A model generated the notes under the pieces. The model saw only the letters and a program-made list of their open reading frames with translations. It was not told where the DNA came from and did no database searches. From Leucoraja erinacea (lineage: Eukaryota), in assembly GCF_028641065.1 (NCBI RefSeq), contig NC_073379.1, positions 40,362,001-40,426,000 on the forward strand: a stretch of DNA of 64,000 bases. Reading direction: 5' to 3'. Both the position numbers and the translations under genes were made by a program. Below, one piece after another: positions 13,317 through 25,224 of this stretch; position 1 is the first letter of the stretch, and every line of letters starts with the position of its first letter.

Positions 13317-14069
13317 CGTGTCAAGAAGGAACTGCAGATGCTGGAAAATCGAAGGTACACAAAAATGCTGGAGAAACTCAGCGGTGGCAGCAGCATCTAT
13401 GGAGCGAAGGAAATAGGTGACGTTTCGGGCCGAAACCCTTCTTCAGACTGATAAAGGGGGAGGAGGAGCCCCATGGCGGGGGGATGGGAGGAGACAGCTC
13501 GAGGGTTAAGGAAGGGGAGGAGACAGCAAGGGCTAGCAAAATTGGGAGAATTCAATGTTCATGCCCGCCGGCCGCAGGCTACCCAGGCGGAATATGCGGT
13601 GCTGTTCCTCCAATTTCCGGTGTTGCTCACTCTGGCAATGAAGGAGACCCAGGACAGAGAGGTCGGATTGGGAATGGGAGGGGGAGTTGAAGTGCTGAGC
13701 CACCGGGAGCTCAGGTAGGTTCTTGCGGACTGAGCGGAGGTGTTCGGCGAAACGATCGCCCAACCTCCGCTTAGTCTCACCGATGTAAATCAGCTGGCAT
13801 CTAGAGCAGCGGATGCAGTAGATGAGGTTGGAGGAGATACAGGTGAACCTTTGTCGCACCTGGAACGACTGCTTGTGTCCTTGAATGGAGTCGAGGGGGG
13901 AGGCATAGGGACAGGTGTTGCATTTCTTGCGGTTGCAACGGAAAGTGCCCGGGGAGGGGGTGGTACGGGAGGGAAGGGAAGAATTGACAAGGGAGTTGCG
14001 GAGGGAGTGGTCTTTGCGGAAGGCAGACATGGGGGGGAGATGGGAAGATGTGGCGAGTGGTGGGGTCAC
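13317..14069 (-). mobile_element. Penelope-like element 3' fragment (GIY-YIG endonuclease), nested in CR1
   Basis: CNRKKCNTC, NLIYCIRC, IYIGET, RFAEH and VAQHFN motifs. 12-bp TSD gcctacttttaa at 13305-13316 and 14070-14081. Confidence 0.93.
13412..13453 (-). ncRNA. Minimal hammerhead-ribozyme-like motif of the Penelope-like element
   Basis: Minus strand: CAGU-CUGAAGA-A-GGGU-UUCG-GCCC-GAAAC-GUC-AC. Catalytic core boxes, stem II with UUCG loop and a GUC triplet. Stem III minimal, stem I weak. Confidence 0.65.
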
Positions 14070-17000
14070 GCCTACTTTTAATGACTGGTGTGCCATGACA
14101 CCCAGGACTCGTTGCATTTCCCCTTTTCCTAATCGGCCACCATTCAGATAATAGTCTACTTTCCTGTTTTTGCCACCAAAGTGGATAACCTCACATTTAT
14201 CCACATTATACTGCATCTGCCATGCATTTGCCCACTCACCCAGCCTACCCAAGTCACCTTGCAGCCTCCTAGCATCCTCCTCACAGCTAACACTGCCCCC
14301 CAGTTCGTGTCATCCACAAACTTGGAGATGTTGCATTCAATTCCCACGTCCAAATCATTAATATATATTGTAAATAGCTGGGGTCCCAGCACTGAGCCTT
14401 GCGGTACCCCATTAGTCACTGCCTGCCATTGTGAAAAGGACCCGTTTACTCCTACTCTTTGCTTCCTGTCTGCCAGCCAGTTCTCTATCCACATCAATAC
14501 CGAACCCCCATACCGTGTGCTTTAAGTTTGTATACTAATCTCTTATGTGGGACCTTGTCGAAAGCCTTCTAAAAGTCCAGATATAACACATCCACTGGTT
14601 CTCCCTTATCCATTCTACTAGTTACATCCTCAAAAAGTTCTATAAGATTCGTCAGAAATGATTTACCTTTCACAAATCCATGCTGACTTTGTCCAATGAT
14701 TTCACCACTTTCCAAATGTGCTGCTATCCCATCTTTAATAACTGATTCTAGCAGTTTCCCCACTACCGATGTTAGACTAACTGGTCTGTAATTTCCCGTT
14801 TTCCCTCTCCCTCCATTTTTAAAAAGTGGGGTTACATTAGCTACCCTCAAATCCTCAGGAACTACTCCAGAATCTAAACAGTTTTGAAAAATTATCACTA
14901 ATGCATCTATTATTTCCGGGGCTACTTCCTTAAGTACTCTGGGATGCAGCCTTTCTGGCCCTGGGGTTTATCGGCCTTGAATCCATTCAATTTACCTAAC
15001 ACCACTTCCCGGCTAACCTGGATTTCACTCAGTTCCTCCAACGATCAATTTATTCACCTGTTTGTGACTGCACCTGTTTCTGACAAGGGACCTACATTTG
15101 TTTTAACTAATCTTTTTCTCTTCACATATCTATAAAAACTTTTGCAGTCAGTTTTTATGTTCCCTGCCAGTTTTCTTTCAGAGTTTTTCCCTTTCCTAAT
15201 TAAGCCCTTTGTCCTCCTCTGCTGGACTCTGAATTTCTCCCAGTCCTCTGGTAGGCTGCTTTTTCTGGCTAATTTGTATGCTTCATCTTTTGTTTTGATA
15301 CTATCCCTGATTTCCCTTGCTATCCACGGATGCACTACCTTCCCTGATTTATTATTTTGCCAAACTGGGATAAACAATTGTTGTAGTTCATCCATGCAGT
15401 CTTTAAATGCCTTCCACTGCATATCCACCATCAACCCTTTCAGAGTCAATTGCCAGTCTATCTTGGCCAATTCACGTCTCATACCCTCAAAGTTACCTTT
15501 CTTTAAGTTCAGGACCCTTGTTTTTGAATTAATAATGTCACTCTCCATCCTAATGAAGAACTCTACCATATTATGGTCACTCTTGCCCAAAGGGCTATGT
15601 ACAACAAGACTAACTAACCCTTCCTCATTACTCAATACCCAGTCTAAAATAGCCTGCTCTCTCGGTGGTTCCTCTACACGTTGGTTTAGAAAACTATCCC
15701 GCATACATTCCAAGAAATCCTCTTCCTCAGCACCCTTGCCAATTTGATTCACCCAATCTATATGTAGATTGAAGTCACCCATTATAACTGTTTTATCTTT
15801 GTTGCACGCATTCCTAATTTCCTGTTTGATGTTATCCCCAACTCCACTACTACTGTTAGGTGGCCTGTACACAACACCCACTAGCGTTTTCTGCCCCTTA
15901 GTGTTTCCCAGCTCCACCCATATCGATTCCCCATCCTCCTTCCTTTCTATTGCGTTAATCTCCTCTCTAACCAGCAACGCTACTCCACCTACTTTTCCTT
16001 TCTGTCTATCCCTCCTGAATATTGAATATTCCTGGATGTTCAGCTCCCAGCCTTGGTCACCCTGGAGCCATGTCTCCGTGATCCCAACTATATCATAGTC
16101 ATTAATAGCTATCTGCACATTCAACTCATCCACCTTATTACGAATGCTCCTTGCATTGAGACACAAAGCCTTCAGGCTTGTTTTAACAAAACTCTTACCC
16201 CTTATACAATTATGTTGAAAAGTGGCCCTTTTTGATTTTTGCCCTGGATTTGTCTGCCTGCCACTTTTACTTTTCACTTTGCTACCTACTGCTTCTACTC
16301 TCATTTTACACCCCTCTGTCTCACCGCTCACACATTTAAGAAACCCTTTCCCTTTTACTCCATCCTTGACTATCCCATTTGACACCCCACCCCCCTTATT
16401 CAGTTTAAAACCACCCGTGTAGCAGTGGCAAACCTGCCTGCCAGAATGCTGGTCCCCCACCTGTTAAGATGCAATCCGTCCCTTTTGTACAGCTCCCCCT
16501 TACTCCAAAACAGATCCCAGTGATCTAAGAATCTAAATCCCTGATCTAAATCACCAGTTCCTCAGCCACACATTCAGGTCCCGTATCTCCCTGTTCCTGC
16601 TCTCGCCAGCACGAGGAACTGGAAGCAAACTGGAGATAACAACCCTGGAGTTCCTCCTTTTCAGCATTTTTCCGCGCTCTCTAAAGCACTACCACTTCCG
16701 GCTGATCACCTTCGCCCTTGAGGATTTTCTGCACTCTGTCCGTGACATCCTGGATCCTGGCACCAGGAAGGTAGCACACCATCCTCGAATCCCGTCTGTT
16801 GCCGCAGAAACCCCTGTCCGTACCTCTCACAATGGAGTCTCCCACTACAATGGCGTTGGCCTATTTGGTTTTGGCTCAACAGCCCTTTTTGATTCTTGTT
16901 TCTCAGGCTCATAATGGCTTCTTTGACTTTCATTGGAACAACTTTGGTCCTCATATTGATAAACAGCAATAAAAGTTTCCAAAGGTGATGGAAAGAATGT

Positions 17001-17590
17001 AGGAAAGACTAGGTGCTGAGAGCTCTCTTATACCTGCATTAAGAAGACGATTAAACACACCTGAGCAATTACAAATGCCTGTGAAGCCATGTGTCCGAAA
17101 CATTATGGTGCCCTGAAATGGGGGGGGGACTATGAATAAATACAGCTGTAGTTTCTACATGGTGAAACCAAAATGTATAAAAACACCCTTTAATAAAATC
17201 TGACAATGTGCACTTTAACCACATGTGATTTTTTTTTTTATTACAAATCTCAAATTGTGGAGTAGAGGCAAATAAATAAATGATGGGTCTTTGTTCCAAA
17301 CATTATGGAGGGCACTGTATAATACAAAATCTAGTAAGTGCTCAACGTTCTGCTGCTTGTTTTGCATAATTAAAGACAATGCAGATTCTATCAATATCTT
17401 GCATTAATTCAGGTTTTGTATAATTGTTGCATACTTCAAGATCCACAAATAACCCTTCCATACCGGAATGATAAAAGTGCAAAACTGGACATTTTGTTGG
17501 ACAGTGAATTTGTTAAAGAGCAGTGCTTTACAGGTTGTCTTCTATATAACAAACACTTTGAGGATTTCCATTGTAAAGGTGGTAAAGTAC

Positions 17591-17706
17591 GGAAAACAAG
17601 CTGTTTTCTTTGTCCTTAGTTCATTATCTTTCCGCTCCAGATGCCTGTACGTCTCAGAAATTTCAGCAATGCGTGATTCCACTGCATTTAGCTTTGCAGT
17701 TATCCC
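17591..17706 (-). CDS. SMC5: SMC5 exon 15 equivalent, 3' part apparently missing (GITAKLNAVESRIAEISETYRHLERKDNELRTKK...)
   Basis: TTTGCAG acceptor. Homology to EIHRKLQAVDS...HLEHKDNELRQKK stops at ~17603. Lower bound set at a weak phase-compatible GT (CC|GTACTT). Confidence 0.8.
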
Positions 17707-18117
17707 CTGCAAACGAAGCATGCAAATGGCATGACATTATGCAACTATCTTTTGCTCTGTCTGTTTTCTTACTGCAGTTTGCTTTTACATTGAAATGAAA
17801 AGGTAACTAACAACATTGTAAGAAAAAGTAATGCCACATGATTACAGGCCAGCTCCTTATAGTTCCCAACGGGTTCTAGGGCTTAACCACTCGGAAGAAA
17901 ACCATGCTACATTTTCCAGAAGAAAAATATTACAAACAAAAAAACGCAGTTTAGACAAAGGCAAAATCCAATTGCACGTTTAGGGGAAAAGAGCATTCCA
18001 GAACATTGGAATGGCATAGCATTTACTAACACTCCAAAGCTAGACAACTGGAATGATAGATATTTGTGATCCTCAAAAATAACACATCCTGGAAAATATT
18101 TTAATTATTTTATGCCT

Positions 18118-18874
18118 TCAACATTCAAATGAAAAGGGAAGAGGGGGGGAGAGAGGAGGAGGGGGGAGAGGAGGAGGAGGAGGGGGGAGAGGAGGAGGAG
18201 GGGGAGGGAGGAGAGGAGGGAGGGAGGGAGAGGAGGAGGGAGGGAGAGAGGAGGAGGGAGAGGAGAGGGGGGAGAGAGGGGAGAGGGGGAGAGAGGGAGA
18301 AGGAGGGGGGGGGGAGGAGGGGGAGGGGGGGGGGGGAGAGGAGGGGGGGGGCGAGCGGAGCGGGGCGATCGCGAAAAAGCGAAGGACTGCGAAAAAAAGC
18401 GAGCGGGGCGACGTCACTCGCAGCGCCTGAACACAACGTGCAGCCATTGTGACGTCATCACGTCATCAGCCGAATGTCTAAGTTATTTGAAATATTTTAA
18501 CATTTTGATTTTGAGAAATAATGCATTAATTTTTCAGATAAGGCGATTTTTGATTTCACGGGATAAATCTCTACATGAATATGTACATTTTTTACCATTA
18601 GACCAAGTGGGGCCCGTTGGGTCTCGTCCCCTCAACGAGCGGTTGTGGGAGGGGGGGGGGGGGGGCGGCATGCGGCGTCACACACATACTAACCACCCCT
18701 CACACAAAAACTAACCACCCCCCTTGATACTATATTAATATTATTCATTAGCTACTTGTTACCCCATCCACGCCCTATCCACTCATGCATAGCCCCCAAT
18801 TCACAGGGGCAGAGAGACGGGCAGAGAGATAGTGAGGAGGGCAGAGAGACAGAGAGAGGGGCAGAGAGAGAGAG
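18118..18874 (-). mobile_element. Non-autonomous Helitron-like units in tandem, including a GA-rich tract
   Basis: Reverse-complement similarity to 44265-44588 and 44680-44900. Minus-strand end reads hairpin + ACTTGGT + CTAA|T at 18598. Confidence 0.7.
18135..18350 (+). repeat. Purine-only (GGA/GAG/Gn) low-complexity tract
   Basis: About 215 nt of only G and A. Confidence 0.95.
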
Positions 18875-21519
18875 GTGACTTCACCTATGCTGTAATGTTA
18901 ATAAAGTCTTTGGACCTTAAACACGGTGTGAGACTTTGGTTATTCCAACAGCAGAATCACAACATGGTATCAGAGTGTACGGACTCATTCCTTGCTTAAT
19001 TATATTGCTTTTATTTCAGTTTGTTGTTTTCTTCAGTGATATTGCAATGGCTTCTGCTCTCAGAAAACCGGAGATCCTGGTATTTGATGAGGATCTTGCA
19101 GAACGGTGGCGAGTATTTGAAGAGAATTTCTCAATTTACATTGAAGCAGCTCACCCTAAATGCTGCTCCCAGTGTTCCGGTCGTCAATTCTGCTTAATCT
19201 GGCAGGCACAGAAGCTCCTCGCCCTGCCAGAAGATTTCACTATGAACCGGCTAGATTTGACCCGGCTGGTGTCGATTGCTCCTGCTGAATCTATCAGAAA
19301 GCCTGACTGCTTACTGCGCAAATTCCGACAGTTTATGTGAGTTATGAACAAACTTAGTCATGGAGTGGCATTTGTTCTATTCCCGAAGCCAGAGACAGGG
19401 AGAACATGTGGAGATGTATGTCAATGCATTGAAGCACATTGCCAATAGATGCGATTTTAGGGATATATGTGATAGCCTTGTCCGTGACCGTCTGGTTTAT
19501 GGCATCCGCAATGATAAATTACGTGACAGGTTATTGCGGGATGCTGACTCTAGACTGTTGAAAACCGCTGTCGTATTGCTGAAATGGCTGACGCTCACAC
19601 AAAAGTCTTGGGACACTCTGCTGATCGTGAGATTAATGTTACCGGTATGTCATCAAATCTCTCCCAGTTTTCCTCAAGTGCCTGATACCTCTATCAAGTT
19701 GAGACTAATTGAAAATTGCTTTAACTGTCGCGGTTCACATGCTGCTGTTCGTGACCGTTGACCTGCATATGGAATATTATGTCGATTTTGCAACAAAATA
19801 AATCTTTTCTTTAAATGCTGTCGTTCACGTAGCAACAGAGTTCAAAACAAGACAATGTGTTAACCTCGCTTGGCCGTGAGAACTTGCTCTCAGAATACTC
19901 TCAACCAGCTCCCACGGATTTGCAGGCTGCTGGCGAAAGTTTTCACGTCGATGTACATTCCTTGTCTGATTTAATGCATAAACAACTGGACCCCCAGGTC
20001 GCTTTGCTCCTTAATGGCAAGAATTTCTATCTGAAAGTTGATTCGGGGGCCAGGTGCAATGTCATGTGCCTAGCTGTGTTTAAAAAGTTACAAAAAACAG
20101 AGTCCGTTATTCCAACGGCTGTCTCCCTTGTCCATTTGCAGGAGGACCAGTGCACCCTATTGGTCAAGTTGAGTTACGCTGCTGTCTTAACTCTCATGTC
20201 TACAACCTGAGTTTCTATGTGGTTCGTGAAAATGTGCCGTCTCTACTGGGTGTCAACGCATGTCAAGACATGCGTCTTATCTCTTTCGTCCCATCTGTTT
20301 GTCATCTGACTACAGACTGACTTTAGACATCAAAGCCGGACACAATACAAGATTTTATTTGACGATAAGCTGGGCAGGTTGCCTGTCAGATACACGATCA
20401 CCATTGACCCAGAGGCAATTCCAGTTATTGGTCCAGCTCATAAGATTCCCCATGCTATGCAGGACCACGTTCAAAGTGAACTTAACAGAATGGTGTCTCT
20501 AGGTGTAAATGCTCCCGTCGCTGACCCCTCGGATTGGGTCTCCACCATGGTCATGGCTACGAAGAAGAATAAAGACAAGATACGAATTTGCATCAACCCC
20601 AAGGACTTAAACACAGCAATCAAACGACCTTGCTATCCCATGCGCACTGTGGACGAGATCACAGCGCAGATGGCCGAGGCAATTTATTCACAGTGCTAAT
20701 GCCAAGAATTCATTCTGGCAGATTTCGCTGGAATACAACTCCCCCAAGTTAACCAATTTCAGCACTCCGTTCGGACGTTACAGATTTCTTCGCATGCCTT
20801 TTGGAATAAGCTCTGCTAGCGAACTATTTCAACAAGCTATGGAGCAGTTGTTTGCAGGCTACCCATGCTCCATTGTAGTGGAGGACATCCTCGTAACGGG
20901 ACGAACTGTTGAAGAACACGATGCTAATCTGACAAACGTCCTGGATCGTGCCAAGGCCATCAACCTCAAGCTCAACCCTCAATAATGCAAATTCAGGGTA
21001 AATAAGGTGAAATACCTAGGCTATGTGTTTACCCTAAAAACTGATCCGACGAAAATCAGTGCTATCAACGAGCTCGCAGCGCCCACAGACGTTCTAAGTT
21101 TGCAGAGATTCCTTGGCATGGATAACTACTTGAGTAAATTAATTCCGGGTTTTAATGAAATATCAGCCCCATTGCGCCAGCTTACACACAAAGACACTGC
21201 TTGGACCTGGCACGAGCAACAGCAGAGGGCGTTCGACATTCTTAAGCAGCAGATGTCTTGTGCTCCTACTCTCGCTTACTTTGATCCTAAACGACTGGTC
21301 ACACTGTGACGCTTCACAACACGGACTAGGCGCAGCATGTCCTCAAAATGATGGCAACGGCAATAAGACTGTTGCCTATGCCTCGCGCACTATGACTGAC
21401 TCAAAACAACAGTATGCCCAAATTGAGAAAGAGCTGTTGACGGTTGTTTTCACCTGCAAGAAATTTAACGACTTTATCTTTGGACACACGGACACGATTG
21501 AAACTGACCACCAACCTCT
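18875..21519 (+). mobile_element. Ty3/Gypsy LTR retrotransposon fragment (partial LTR, PBS, gag, protease, RT, RNase H; no integrase)
   Basis: LTR end ...ACAACA, then TGGTATCAGAG PBS at 18965. Gag MASALRKPE from 19047, CFNCRGSH knuckle, KVDSGA protease, IRICINPKDLN, MPFGISSA, VVEDILV, CDASQHGLGA, YAQIEKELL, ETDHQPL. Multiple frameshifts. Confidence 0.95.
18965..18976 (+). promoter_or_regulatory. Primer-binding site of the Gypsy element (tRNA-Met type)
   Basis: TGGTATCAGAG directly after the LTR-terminal CA. Confidence 0.75.
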
Positions 21520-21883
21520 GAGGAGAAAGAAGAGAAAGGGCACAGAGGGAGTGCTGGGGGTGAGGGAGAATGGAGGAGGATAGGGGTAGGAAGAGGGATG
21601 GTGAGGTAATGGAGCAGGGGAGGGGGAGGAGAGAGGAGGGGAAGAAGGTCGTGAGGCGAGGAAGCAGAGGAGGGTTGGTGGAGGTTGGGGAGAGGGAGGA
21701 TAATGGTGGAGGTGAATAGGGGACTGGAGAGGCAGAGTGAGCTGCACTCACATTGATCTTATATTTTTACAAGTTAGTGCCACATCAATGCAGATGGGGG
21801 CTGTGGATGAGTGGTGGAATATTGCGTTGGGGGGGGCCAGGCCTCCCGTGTGACAGGGACTCAACGGGTCCCACTTGGTCTAG
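21520..21883 (+). mobile_element. Helitron-like 3' end
   Basis: GGGACTC-AAC-GGGTCCC hairpin, ACTTGGT spacer, CTAG|T at 21880-21884. Confidence 0.75.
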
Positions 21884-21943
21884 TGTGTGTGCGTGTGTGT
21901 ATATATACACATACACACGCACACATAATTATATATTATTATT

Positions 21944-22573
21944 ATTATATTACTAACTCTCATCCTGTTTGTTTATATGCGTGTGTGCAAGTGCGTGATA
22001 TTCCAAAACCCCGCCAAACGGTGCACGATTGCACTACAATTTTTGGCCCACCTTACTCACCATTGTCCTGGGATGTAAATGAAACAAGTTTTGTTCGGAA
22101 TTATGTTATATTTTCCAAGTTATTGACATTTTAAACTTTACAAAAATCACTTTTCAAACCACTTTTCCGCAAGCCCTGCCCGTCAGCCGAGTTCGACGTC
22201 ACAATAGGATCCCGTTCAACGTCACAATGACGTCAAATGGTATCCCGAATCTCATTTACATTAAAAAATCGTGATATTAAAAAAAAGAACTCCGCTTTAA
22301 TCAAATTCTTCCGTTTTCATCTACAGCAAACATTGTGTTCAGGTTATTTTAAAGAAAAATCGCGATTTTCATTGGGAAAGAAGGGGTAGGGTGAAGAGGA
22401 AGGGGAGGGAGTGCTGGGGGATGAGGGGGATGTCGAGGCATAGTTGATGGAGGGTTGCCGTGACTCGCGTCACAACGGGAACCCCTCAGCCGCGCCTGTG
22501 CAGTTGCGGACTATGGGTCATTGGTGGAATATTGCCATGAGGGACGGCCCCTACGGGTCCGCACCTGGTCTAG
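21944..22573 (+). mobile_element. Non-autonomous Helitron-like element
   Basis: 5' part tatattactaactctcatc resembles 43908 and 44590. Ends in a degenerate hairpin + ACCTGGT + CTAG|T at 22570-22574. Confidence 0.7.
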
Positions 22574-22583
22574 TAATTGTTTA

Positions 22584-22814
<231 letters not shown>

Positions 22815-23152
22815 TTACACTCCAGTACAATCTATCCAAACACTCCCTAGTCTATACATTTTTATTAATTCAGCAATACAAAAGGTAAATTCTCAAAAGT
22901 AAAATCATGTCTCTTGACCCACAAGCTCAACATTTAAACAAAAAAAAAAACATAAGCAGAATTTCTGTAGATTAAGAGAATGCAACCAACCCAAACTTAC
23001 ATTTGAACAATAATATCTAGCCTGACTGCTGTAAAGAATTGGGTGCAAAATAAATTCTTAGTTGTTGAAAACTTTTCCTATACTGACGTGAAAACCATCA
23101 TCTATTGGCTGGTCCTCTGATCATAGATTTACTTAATTCGATTGCTGTTAAC

Positions 23153-23368
23153 CTAGACACACAAGAAACTGTAGTGCTGCAATCTTGAACCAAACACAGT
23201 GCTGGAAGAACACAACAGGTTAAGTGGAAAGTATGGTAGAATGACATGAAGGAAATGGATAGATGACATTTTGGGTCAGGACCCTTCAAGTGTCTCAACC
23301 TAAAATACCTTCTGTCCATTTCCTTCACAGACCTGACCACGGAGTTCCTCCAGCACTGTGTTTTGCTG
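23153..23368. mobile_element. Degenerate inverted pair of Penelope-derived (hammerhead-region) repeats
   Basis: aaacacagtgctggaagaac...gaaggaaatgga pairs with tccatttccttc...gttcctccagcactgtgttt. Confidence 0.6.
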
Positions 23369-23436
23369 GTAAATTATGAATATTCTGGTACATTGCAATA
23401 TCATAGAGGATCCAAGTATGAATATATTACTTTAAT

Positions 23437-23722
23437 TTAGTTTGGTTTAAAGATACAGCTTCTAAACAGGCGTGTCAGCCCACCGAATCTACATCGGCCA
23501 ATGATCACCCATACACTAGGGACAATTTACACACAAGGGCAATTTACAGAAGCCAATCGACCTGCTGCACATCTTTGGAATGTGGGAGGAAACAGGACCA
23601 CCCAGGGAAAAACTCATGTTGGAGGTCCCGGTCACAGGGAGAGCATACAGATTTGTACAAACATCTGGATCAAACTTGGGTCTCTGGCACTGTAAGGTAG
23701 CAACTCTACTACCGTGCCACCA
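23437..23722 (-). mobile_element. tRNA-derived V-SINE (HE1-like), degenerate
   Basis: tttagtttgg tail, tgtgggaggaaac V-domain, gcaactctactaccgtgccacc head. Similar to 39338-39629. Confidence 0.8.
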
Positions 23723-24954
23723 TATGAAGATATTTCTATTAGTGAACCTGCTAAAAACCAGGGGATTGTTTGTACGATTTCTGTCAGTAAAGAATTAAGG
23801 TGAAATTGTTTTTGCTAAGGGATGCAAGGTTATCAAGATGATCAGCCATGATCACATTGAACGGCCGAATGGCCTACTCCTGCACCTACTGTCTATTGTA
23901 AATGCATCTGACAAAAGGCAATAGAATAACACACTAAAAGTTGGAAGAAATTGGATGGGGGAAAGCTTGTGTGAATCATAAACCAGTATCAATCAGTTGT
24001 GTCAAATGATTGTGTTCTGTGCTATAAATTGTATGGTGTAACATTTTCAATTAATAATCAAAATCAAATTACCCACTGCATTCTAAATCACCATCAATGA
24101 GTAGTACTAATGACCAAATTGTTATTGCAATTGATATATATCCTTATTTTGTTACGATTTCTATAAATACGTGGATTATTTGTCTGTTTCTTAACAAACA
24201 AAGGGAAAAAACATTTTTGCAGGGATGAAAAGCAAGTAAAATAGTCTTAACTACTGAATCTGATTGAGCCACAAACAATATTTATTCACTGAAATAGAAA
24301 CTGAAAATTCACCCCTTGATTACTTTGTTCCACGGCTCATTTAGAGTCTGGAATCTATCCAGACGATGTCTGGGCTGGTCAGTGTGCCACTGATTATTTC
24401 AAAGATTAATTTGACATTAATCATAGGAAAGTAGGTTCTGTTATATAGAAAAGTTATTCATGATAAGCATCATACATTTTGTAGCTTTTTCTGAAAAGAG
24501 GCCTTTGGGGAGATGTAAGCATACCTACTGGTACAAAAGCCCAGAATGAACTTTGGGAAAATGAACCCAGGCTAATGAATGAACATTACTTAATTTCAAA
24601 AAGCTTTTGACAAAGTAGCATAGAGAAAGAGAATCTCAAGGGATTGGATTAGATCGGGAATTGGCTGTACTCAGGGCTGTCTTCATGCGATTCATATTAA
24701 GACCACATTTTTATGATAACGGGTAGAGACAAGGGAAACAGTCAGCACGTCAGCAGATGACATAAAGATCTGTACAGTTGCCAAAACCCCCGGTAGTTAA
24801 ATAAATCAGAATCTTATCTTGATGTTATAGGGAAAATGGATCCACATCTGAAAAATGGTATTTGATATAGATATGATGCAATAAGGGTAACGTAAACATA
24901 CCATGTTGGGAAGTAAATTGAAATTGGTCGTGTGCAAGAGACATGCTGCATTCA

Positions 24955-25224
<270 letters not shown>

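Larger units (their letters stand above)
12653..16880 (-). mobile_element. CR1-clade LINE with ORF1 esterase remnant and ORF2, nested in Tc1
   Basis: 468-aa ORF 15054-16460 (CLNARSIRNK, IVGITETWL, VYRPP, MGDFN, SDH), RT fragments at 14156-14898, ORF1 motifs AIVVGDSIVR and DGLHLN, AGAAACAT tail at 12653. Confidence 0.95.
11418..17317 (-). mobile_element. Tc1/mariner (DD34E) transposon, interrupted by a CR1 LINE
   Basis: TA|CAGTGCTCTCCATAAT... and ...ATTATGGAGGGCACTG|TA long TIRs. Transposase pieces GTGRPRKT (12302-12601) and QQDNDPKH-x-WPSQSPDLNPIE with 34 residues between D and E (11694-12185). N-terminus near 16900-16960. Confidence 0.95.

Noticed and set aside
15142-16098. Plus-strand ORFs of 201 and 109 aa (also 45954-46757 on the minus strand)
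   Set aside because: Antisense shadows of CR1 ORF2.
18118-18452. Pro-rich and Glu/Gly-rich ORFs
   Set aside because: Translations of a GA low-complexity tract inside a repeat.
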